Part shown: piece by piece, positions 1 to 4,549 of the stretch | Position numbering within the stretch: the stretch's first letter is position 1 | Layout: each line of letters opens with the position of its first letter | From: a virus | DNA length: 7,568 nucleotides | Reading direction: 5' to 3' (one strand) | IMG/VR virus record: IMGVR_UViG_3300022559_000060 | Location: 1 to 7,568 of that record | Position numbers and translations under genes: made by a program | The notes under the pieces: generated by a model | Told to the model about the DNA's origin: nothing | What the model saw: the letters and a program-made list of their open reading frames with translations, nothing else | Databases searched by the model: none

Positions 1-77
1 GGCGAGGTACGAGCCGGCGCGCAAACCGTCTTTCTGTCCTCTTTTCTGCATTTATACTTAGTGCGCTTCGCATAATG
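1..77. repeat. Left copy of the 77-bp terminal direct repeat (identical to 7492-7568)
   Basis: Base-by-base comparison: ggcgaggtacgagccggcgcgcaaaccgtctttctgtcctcttttctgcatttatacttagtgcgcttcgcataatg occurs at both ends. Confidence 0.95.
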
Positions 78-95
78 GCCGGCCTTATGTTGAGC
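65..95 (+). other. dif-like XerC/XerD recombination site (candidate attP)
   Basis: GCTTCGCATAA-TGGCCGGCC-TTATGTTGAGC compared with E. coli dif GGTGCGCATAA-TGTATA-TTATGTTAAAT. The left arm matches 9/11 and the right arm 8/11 (TTATGTT intact). The central region is 9 nt and GC-palindromic instead of 6 nt. Confidence 0.5.
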
Positions 96-147
96 GGCGT
101 CCGGAAAATCCGCGCAGCTCCGGGCGTCGGTTAACATAGGGCCGATT

Positions 148-384
148 ATGCGACGGCCTATCTCTCTCGAAATTCCCGCTCACCTGGTCGAATCCGCCCA
201 GCTCTACGCCCCGACCCGCCATGAACTCGACGCCGTTTGCTACGTCCTGGAGCGATACCCAGACGTGGTTGCGGATATGCGTCGGTTGACTGCCAGAGTC
301 GCCCAGCTCGATGCCGAATCAGCCCAGCTCGACCACCTGGTTACCGAACTCCAGGCAATCGCCCGGCGTGTCCTCGATCTTTAG
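148..384 (+). CDS. Putative ribbon-helix-helix DNA-binding protein with C-terminal coiled coil (78 aa)
   Basis: High GC3 ORF with a weak SD AGGG at 138-141. The N-terminus ISLEIPAHLVESAQLYA...LDAVCYVLERY fits a beta-strand/helix/turn/helix RHH pattern. The C-terminus RRLTARVAQLDAESAQLDHLVTELQAIARRVL is heptad-like. It aligns without gaps to the 516-782 product. Confidence 0.6.
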   Translation: MRRPISLEIPAHLVESAQLYAPTRHELDAVCYVLERYPDVVADMRRLTARVAQLDAESAQLDHLVTELQAIARRVLDL

Positions 385-386
385 CA

Positions 387-512
387 GGTACCGTTTCGGT
401 CTTCCTGGTTGTCATCGAGCACCAAAAAAGGTACCAAAACAGTTGACGCCTTCTGCCATTATGGTACTGTTTTCGCTACCTGGTCGCCGACCAGGACAAT
501 AGAAAAGGTACC
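387..512 (+). promoter_or_regulatory. Operator/promoter region: four GGTAC(C) motifs flanked by A/T tracts, bracketing a sigma70-like promoter
   Basis: GGTACC occurs at 387-392, 430-435 and 507-512, and GGTACT at 463-468. The -35 TTGACG is at 443-448 and a candidate -10 TACTGT at 465-470 (16-nt spacer). The inverted repeat AAAACAGT (436-443) / ACTGTTTT (466-473) brackets the promoter (its left arm overlaps the first base of the -35, its right arm the -10). The palindrome CCTGGT-cgccg-ACCAGG lies at 479-495. Confidence 0.45.
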
Positions 513-515
513 GAT

Positions 516-782
516 ATGCTGGTAAAAATTACTGACTTCCCCGACTCCCTGGTCGAAGACCTCAAGCACGCTACCGGCCAAGCGACCGGCTCTAAGGCTG
601 TTTTCTTCGCCGCCTCTAAGTTCGTTGAGATGGCCGAGGAGAACACACGTCTTTCCTTTGAGTGCGCCCAACTTCAAGAGCGAATCGATCATCTTCACGA
701 TGTTCTAGCCAGTGCTCGACACGCTTGCGGCCACTTTCTTGAAACCATCAATCAGCGCGATCTGTTCGAGAAGGATGCCTAA
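516..782 (+). CDS. Putative ribbon-helix-helix DNA-binding protein with coiled coil (88 aa), paralog of the 148-384 product
   Basis: SD AAAGG at 504-508. The N-terminus VKITDFPDSLVEDLKHATGQATGSKAVFFAASKFVE is a classic RHH pattern. The central ENTRLSFECAQLQERIDHLHDVL is heptad-like. The stop lies 3 nt before the next ATG. Confidence 0.6.
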   Translation: MLVKITDFPDSLVEDLKHATGQATGSKAVFFAASKFVEMAEENTRLSFECAQLQERIDHLHDVLASARHACGHFLETINQRDLFEKDA

Positions 783-785
783 GCC

Positions 786-1013
786 ATGAACCCAGAAGAA
801 CTTTATTCGTTTTCCGATAAGGCCCTAAATCTTGACCGAATCCGCGCCTTCTGCGACCAGATCGAGGACTGCCGAAACCCTGATGATTTCTATCTTGCAT
901 CCCAAAAGGCCCACTGGCTTCTGTGTGCTTTTTGGCACGGTTGCAGGCACCAATTCGACCATGCCCGCGAAGTCATTAGCGCCGCCTTAGACAAGGCCGA
1001 AAGCCGATTCTGA
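786..1013 (+). CDS. Hypothetical 75-aa protein, Cys/His-containing, co-transcribed with the RHH gene
   Basis: The ORF is tightly coupled to 516-782 (TAA at 780-782, ATG at 786). Its codons are more AT-rich than those of the structural genes. I recognise no motif; it contains C..C...C..WHGCRH..H. Confidence 0.55.
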   Translation: MNPEELYSFSDKALNLDRIRAFCDQIEDCRNPDDFYLASQKAHWLLCAFWHGCRHQFDHAREVISAALDKAESRF

Positions 1014-1140
1014 TCCCTACTTCTCACTGTTCGCCCGCTTTCCGCAACGGTAGGTGGGCGCCAGGTTTATTCGGTGTTTGGTCCCGGAGGCAATTTCCGT
1101 AGATCTTTGATAGGCGCACCGCCCGCCCAGCTGGCCCACA

Positions 1141-1166
1141 AAGAAAAACCCCGGCTTGCGCCGGGG
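1141..1166 (-). terminator. Rho-independent terminator for the - strand 65-aa gene (also sits between convergent genes)
   Basis: Stem CCCCGGC (1149-1155) / GCCGGGG (1160-1166) with loop TTGC. On the - strand the hairpin is followed by TTTTTCTT (complement of 1141-1148), and it lies 5 nt past the stop of 1172-1369. Confidence 0.8.
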
Positions 1167-1171
1167 CTGTT

Positions 1172-1369
1172 TCAGAACGGTGTTCCCTTGATCCTTTTGA
1201 TTATCCGGTTGCCTAACCACCGCGCTATTTCTTGGTAAACCTCGAAATCTGCGTCTGACTGGCTGCTTCCGTAATCGTTTCTTTCGTCGATTCCGTCTAG
1301 TAACTCTATCGCCTCTTTCACGTTGTCCATTTCTTCTTCGGTCAGAGTGATTTTGTATTCGCTTTTCAT
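1172..1369 (-). CDS. Hypothetical acidic 65-aa protein (moron-like stand-alone cassette)
   Basis: Strong SD GGAGG 8 nt upstream of the ATG on the - strand, and its own intrinsic terminator. GC is about 45% by hand count, against about 65% in a sampled stretch of the Zot-like gene. The protein has an acidic core (EEEMDNVKEAIELLDGIDERNDYGSSQSDADFE) and a basic tail (NRIIKRIKGTPF). Confidence 0.7.
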   Translation of the reverse strand: MKSEYKITLTEEEMDNVKEAIELLDGIDERNDYGSSQSDADFEVYQEIARWLGNRIIKRIKGTPF

Positions 1370-1397
1370 CGTGGCCGCCTCCTGAGCGATCGTCTAG

Positions 1398-1675
1398 CTG
1401 ACGTCCGTCAGGGGGAGCCCCAGCGGGGTTCTGTCAACGACCGCTTGCGGCCCGGCCTGATCGTTGACGGGTTCACGCTGGGGCTCACACTGGCAGTCAG
1501 TTAGATGATGCGTCTATCAGGCTGTCTTCGATGTGTTAGGCGCTGGAGCGGGTGAGGGGCGCAGCCCCTCAAGGGTCCCCGAAGGGGCTGCTTTTGCTTC
1601 TTGCCGGCGAAGCCGGGTCCACCATCTCTAATGGTGGACTTTTGTGTCATGGTGACACTTTTGGTTGATTTTTGA
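1398..1675 (+). other. Hairpin-dense non-coding block: candidate packaging signal and/or complementary-strand origin
   Basis: Stem-loops are at 1398-1411 (CTGAC/GTCAG), 1554-1570, 1604-1616, 1618-1638 (8 bp) and 1644-1658. A 72-nt nested hairpin spans 1415-1486, with an 11-bp outer stem GAGCCCCAGCG/CGCTGGGGCTC and an 8-bp inner stem GTCAACGA/TCGTTGAC. Alternative pairing is possible at 1562-1590. Several are followed by T tracts on the + strand. Confidence 0.5.
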
Positions 1676-1915
1676 TCAGCTTTTCGCGCGCTTCTTTGGT
1701 TTTTTCGTGGAGCCAAATTCTTCTTTGTATTCAAGGACATCCTTGGTTGTCACCTTGTCCAGATACCGCCATAGAGCAGCGTTCACTAGGTCGGCTTCTG
1801 CGATGTCTTCCCGGGTCTCGATGATCATGTTGATCCGGCGCTCTTCTAGCACCTCTACGAATTCTTCTTTGACCCTGTAGACCTTGCTCACTGGCTCACT
1901 TCTCGTCTGTTGCAT
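1676..1915 (-). CDS. Putative ribbon-helix-helix transcriptional regulator (79 aa), divergent from rep; candidate phage repressor
   Basis: KVYRVKEEFVEVLEERRINMI...EADLVNAALWRYL fits the RHH strand/helix/helix pattern, with a Lys-rich tail KKPKKRAKS. It is divergent from the Rep gene across an operator-like palindrome. Confidence 0.6.
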   Translation of the reverse strand: MQQTRSEPVSKVYRVKEEFVEVLEERRINMIIETREDIAEADLVNAALWRYLDKVTTKDVLEYKEEFGSTKKPKKRAKS

Positions 1916-1940
1916 GGCGACCCCGTAATTTTGTCACCTG

Positions 1941-2000
1941 TTGCACTGTTACACGTTACAGCGTATAAATCGCATAAATCGTAACTTGTAACGGCGTTAC
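1941..2000 (+). promoter_or_regulatory. rep promoter with overlapping GTTAC operator palindrome; possible + strand origin
   Basis: The -35 TTGCAC is at 1941-1946 and the -10 TATAAA at 1964-1969 (17-nt spacer). GTTACacGTTAC (1948-1959) is inverted against GTAACttGTAAC (1981-1992), matching 11/12. Tandem ATAAATCG copies lie at 1965-1972 and 1974-1981. An extra GTTAC lies at 1996-2000. Confidence 0.5.
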
Positions 2001-2002
2001 AG

Positions 2003-3229
2003 ATGCTCGACAAACTGCACCTTTTCGTCCCTTTCCGCCTCGAGCACATCAAGTTGCTTGGCGCTGACGGTCGTAGCTACCCGGTGCACTTCGTCGACCT
2101 CGAAGCCCTGGAAGTTCCCCTGCAAGGCCAGATCAGCAGGGCAGACGATGGCAGCCTCCATGCCGAACGCCTGCGCCACGCCTGGGAATCGCTTTCTACC
2201 GGTTTCACACCGCTGGCGTTCAAGGTCTTTCACGAGTCGCTCGGTAAGCGACTGATGCCCGGCATCGAGATTAAGGCTAGTCCGGCCAAGCTCCTTCAGG
2301 GGCACAACGTTTTCGGCCCTGTCTGCATCGAGAAGGGTGCTTTGGTCATGCTCAAGTGGATTGCCGGCACCTATCCGAAGCTCGCGCAGATGCTCGATAT
2401 CTCGGCCACCCAGGTCTACGCCCTGGACTGCACCTATAGCGCCCGCATGCCCAACGAGCGCACCGCTCAGCAGGTGATTGATGCATTGCGCGGCACCTCC
2501 AACGGCCACACCAAGAGCCGTGGCGACAACTACCAGACAACCGCGTATTGGGGCGCTAAGGAATCGCGCCTCAAGCGCCTCAAGGCGTATTTGAAACACC
2601 CCGAGTTTCTGCGTCAGCTCGAAGACGCCAAGCGGGCAGGGCGGGGCGATTTGTCTGCTGCTCGCACCATGAAGGTACTGAGCAACCCATTACTCCAGGA
2701 GCACGCTAAGGACTTGCTCCGTTTCGAGGCCACGGTCATGCACCGATGGCTTGAGCGTCGCGGCGTCTCGTCGCGGCTTGTTGATCTGATCGCGCACCAG
2801 CAGAAGCTCCTAGGGGAGGGGCGTTGTTTTATTCAGGAGTGCTGGCAGGCGGTTACAGCCCCGATCTTTGCGGCCTTTGAAGGTATGACGATGAAACAGA
2901 TTGATGATGAAAAAGTGCTGGCCGCACTTATTGAGAAACACACCAAGTACGACCGCCACGGCAAGCCCAGTGACAGCTATGCCAAAAACCTCTTCCGGAC
3001 CTATCTCAGCCTGAAAGATTACGGCTGGGAACACACGAAAGATCTCGGCCCGCGCACGTTCTACCGCCACGTTAACGACATCTGCGAAGCTGGTCTCTCC
3101 AAAGCCGCCTTGCAGAAGCTCCACGAAGTGGACCGGGGTAATGTCGTGCCGCTGCTGCGCTTCGTGCAGGTCGACTTCTCGGCCCAGCGCCCTGACTGGT
3201 ACGTCGAGCCAACTGTTGAGGCTGCCTGA
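2003..3229 (+). CDS. Rolling-circle replication initiation protein, filamentous-phage gene II/X-type family
   Basis: 408-aa ORF with high GC3. The N-terminus MLDKLHLFVPF and the motif KASPAKLLQGHNVFGP resemble gene II-type phage replication initiators as I recall them. It is the first gene of the long + strand operon. There is no clear SD before the ATG at 2003. Confidence 0.75.
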   Translation: MLDKLHLFVPFRLEHIKLLGADGRSYPVHFVDLEALEVPLQGQISRADDGSLHAERLRHAWESLSTGFTPLAFKVFHESLGKRLMPGIEIKASPAKLLQGHNVFGPVCIEKGALVMLKWIAGTYPKLAQMLDISATQVYALDCTYSARMPNERTAQQVIDALRGTSNGHTKSRGDNYQTTAYWGAKESRLKRLKAYLKHPEFLRQLEDAKRAGRGDLSAARTMKVLSNPLLQEHAKDLLRFEATVMHRWLERRGVSSRLVDLIAHQQKLLGEGRCFIQECWQAVTAPIFAAFEGMTMKQIDDEKVLAALIEKHTKYDRHGKPSDSYAKNLFRTYLSLKDYGWEHTKDLGPRTFYRHVNDICEAGLSKAALQKLHEVDRGNVVPLLRFVQVDFSAQRPDWYVEPTVEAA

Positions 3230-3423
3230 TGATTCCTGAAATTCTTGATTTCGAGCAATGCGAGTGGTGCGCAGAGGTTACCGATTGCGTTCGCTGTGAG
3301 CTTTTGAACGGTCAATACGCGCTCCTTTGCGAGAGCTGCGAGGACCATCTCGACCAGCAGATTGAAGAATACGACGAATCCCAACCGGGCCAGCCGGCCC
3401 AACGTTCCCCCCGAGAGGTGTAA
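3229..3423 (+). CDS. Small Cys-rich (three CxxC pairs) protein with acidic tail, zinc-ribbon-like (64 aa)
   Basis: The start overlaps the rep stop (TGATG), with SD GAGG at 3218-3221. The Cys pairs are CEWC, CVRC and CESC, followed by the acidic tail DHLDQQIEEYDE. Confidence 0.65.
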   Translation: MIPEILDFEQCEWCAEVTDCVRCELLNGQYALLCESCEDHLDQQIEEYDESQPGQPAQRSPREV

Positions 3424-3426
3424 ACC

Positions 3427-3774
3427 ATGCTACTGCTTACCGGCCTGTGCCACGGCTACAAAGCCAATACCCGCCGTAATGGCTCCAACGAATTTACCGA
3501 CCATCTTCTGTTGCTTGAGGTGCAGGACACCAACCAGTACGGCATCCCTGAGACCAAAACGGTCGGCATCAAGCTGTCGAAAGCCGATGTAGAGGGCGGT
3601 TTGCAGCACCTCTATGACCAGCTAAAAGGCAAGGCTCTAACCGTGCCCGTTCGCGTCGGCCCTTGGGCGTCCAAGGCCGGCAACGCCGGTTACGACTTCT
3701 GGCTTTCTGGCGACCGCAAGCCCGTCCAGATGCAAATCAAGCCGCCTGCTTCTGCCGTCCAGGCCGCGAGCTAA
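3427..3774 (+). CDS. Putative ssDNA-binding protein (gene V analog), assigned by position only (115 aa)
   Basis: SD GAGAGGTG at 3413-3420 and high GC3. It occupies the gene V slot between Rep and the small coat/TM genes. I recognise no diagnostic motif. Confidence 0.45.
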   Translation: MLLLTGLCHGYKANTRRNGSNEFTDHLLLLEVQDTNQYGIPETKTVGIKLSKADVEGGLQHLYDQLKGKALTVPVRVGPWASKAGNAGYDFWLSGDRKPVQMQIKPPASAVQAAS

Positions 3775-3789
3775 GGGGAGGGCGCCGCC

Positions 3790-3984
3790 ATGCTGATCGT
3801 TGATCGCGTGCTGTGTGACTGCTGCGGGCAACCCATGGGCCAGCTCTACAACCAGTCCGCCCCCAGCCCGATCTGCTGCCCTACCTCAGCAGGCGGCCCC
3901 ACTTCGCCGTCTGCCCCGACTGCGAACCCTCCGAACAAACCGCCGACCTCGAGCAGGCCGGCGAATGAATTTCCTCGCCTGTGA
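3790..3984 (+). CDS. Small Cys-rich ORF (64 aa as drawn); its 3' half may actually be read in the -1 frame, ending at 3968
   Basis: Strong SD GGAGG at 3777-3781, 8 nt before the ATG. The N-terminus is VLCDCCGQP. After a C5 run (3860-3864) the -1 frame has better GC3, encodes CPDCE, and ends in a TGA that overlaps the next ATG (ATGA at 3965-3968). Confidence 0.55.
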   Translation: MLIVDRVLCDCCGQPMGQLYNQSAPSPICCPTSAGGPTSPSAPTANPPNKPPTSSRPANEFPRL

Positions 3985-4174
3985 CGGTGACTGGCTGCAA
4001 GGCGTGGACGGCTCGCCTGTCTGCTCCGGCCAACTAGTTTCCCTCACGGTCGAGGAAATGCAGGGCCTCTACGGCTCTGCACTGACCTGGGACCAAGTCT
4101 CCGAGCTGCAAGGCGAAGCGATTGTTCTGTTCGCCATCGTGTTCGGCTTCCTGGTCCTGAAAAAAGCCCTGTAA
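3965..4174 (+). CDS. Small protein with C-terminal transmembrane anchor (69 aa); candidate minor coat/assembly protein (g7/g9 slot)
   Basis: This uses an internal ATG of the 3800-4174 ORF; the Arg-rich TTG-initiated extension looks like off-frame sequence. The C-terminus AIVLFAIVFGFLVLKKAL is a TM segment plus basic end. The gene lies just upstream of the major coat gene. Confidence 0.6.
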   Translation: MNFLACDGDWLQGVDGSPVCSGQLVSLTVEEMQGLYGSALTWDQVSELQGEAIVLFAIVFGFLVLKKAL

Positions 4175-4190
4175 CAATGAGGTATCACCC

Positions 4191-4400
4191 ATGCAACTGA
4201 ACAAGCACTTCATCAAGAAAATCGGCCTCGGCGCTGCCGTTGCTCTCTCGGCTGTAGCCGGCTCCGTCTATGCGGCAGTCCCGGCCGAAGCCACCGCGGC
4301 GCTGGATACCGCGGGCACCGACGTCGGCACCATCGGCTGGGCCGTCTTCGCTGTGATCATCGCCGCGATGGCGTTCAAGTACATGCGCCGCGCCCTGTAA
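4191..4400 (+). CDS. Major coat protein precursor (g8p-like, 69 aa)
   Basis: SD GAGGT lies 7 nt upstream. The 28-aa signal peptide ends in SVYA. The 41-aa mature part has an acidic N-terminus (AVPAEATAALDTAGTD), a hydrophobic core (IGWAVFAVIIAAMAF) and a basic C-terminus (KYMRRAL). A strong terminator follows, as after gene VIII in Ff phages. Confidence 0.85.
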   Translation: MQLNKHFIKKIGLGAAVALSAVAGSVYAAVPAEATAALDTAGTDVGTIGWAVFAVIIAAMAFKYMRRAL

Positions 4401-4434
4401 CCGGGAGCCGCGCACTGCATGTGCCGAAGCAAAC

Positions 4435-4463
4435 AAACCCCGCTCCGGCGGGGTTTTCTCTTC
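4435..4463 (+). terminator. Rho-independent terminator after the major coat gene
   Basis: Stem CCCCGC (4438-4443) / GCGGGG (4448-4453) with loop TCCG. The stem is extendable by AA/TT and is followed by TTTTCTCTT. Confidence 0.85.
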
Positions 4464-4476
4464 CAGGGGAACGCCA

Positions 4477-4548
4477 ATGAGCTACGAACTGTACGTCCTG
4501 ATCCTTACCACCCTGGCGTTTTATCTCGTGTTTTTTGGGCGGGTGTGA
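4477..4548 (+). CDS. 23-aa hydrophobic micro-ORF (MSYELYVLILTTLAFYLVFFGRV), absent from the ORF track
   Basis: SD GGGGA lies 6 nt upstream of the ATG at 4477. The peptide has a single TM-like span. Its stop TGA (4546-4548) lies 1 nt before the ATG at 4550 of the g3p-like gene. Confidence 0.5.
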   Translation: MSYELYVLILTTLAFYLVFFGRV

Positions 4549-4549
4549 T

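Noticed and set aside
1-77. The terminal 77-bp direct repeats read as attL/attR or LTR-like ends of an integrated element
   Set aside because: The repeat edges bisect a terminator stem and the dif-like site. No host-like flanking sequence is present, and the length matches a common assembler k-mer overlap. A circular-contig artefact is more parsimonious.
237-502. Alternative-frame ORFs 237-446 and 311-502
   Set aside because: They overlap the better-supported 148-384 ORF and run into the operator/promoter region. They are Arg/Pro-rich off-frame products without ribosome-binding sites.
1017-1220. 67-aa - strand ORF crossing the 1149-1166 terminator
   Set aside because: It runs through the terminator hairpin, overlaps the 3' end of 1172-1369 out of frame, and has no SD. 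The 1014-1140 spacer may have weak secondary structure (GGTGGGCGCC at 1052-1061 / GGCGCACC at 1111-1118), but nothing I can support as a feature.
1501-1880. ORFs 1501-1740 (-) and 1665-1880 (+) in or next to the structured region
   Set aside because: The 1501-1740 ORF lies mostly in hairpin-rich non-coding DNA and overlaps the 3' end of the better-supported RHH gene. The 1665-1880 ORF is antisense to that gene with poor composition. Neither has an SD.
1965-1992. A second dif-like half site (AAATCGCATAA resembles a XerC arm, about 9/11 against the GATTCGCATAA arm I recall for Pseudomonas dif)
   Set aside because: No XerD-arm counterpart (TTATGTT...) follows at any sensible spacing. The similarity is better explained by the ATAAATCG tandem repeat and the -10 region of the rep promoter.
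3800-3964. N-terminal extension of the 3800-4174 ORF (TTG start, Arg/Pro-rich MIACCVTAAGNPW...RRPRAGRR)
   Set aside because: The composition looks like an off-frame read of the overlapping 3790 ORF, and there is no SD. The internal ATG at 3965, with its ATGA coupling context, gives a sensible 69-aa TM protein.
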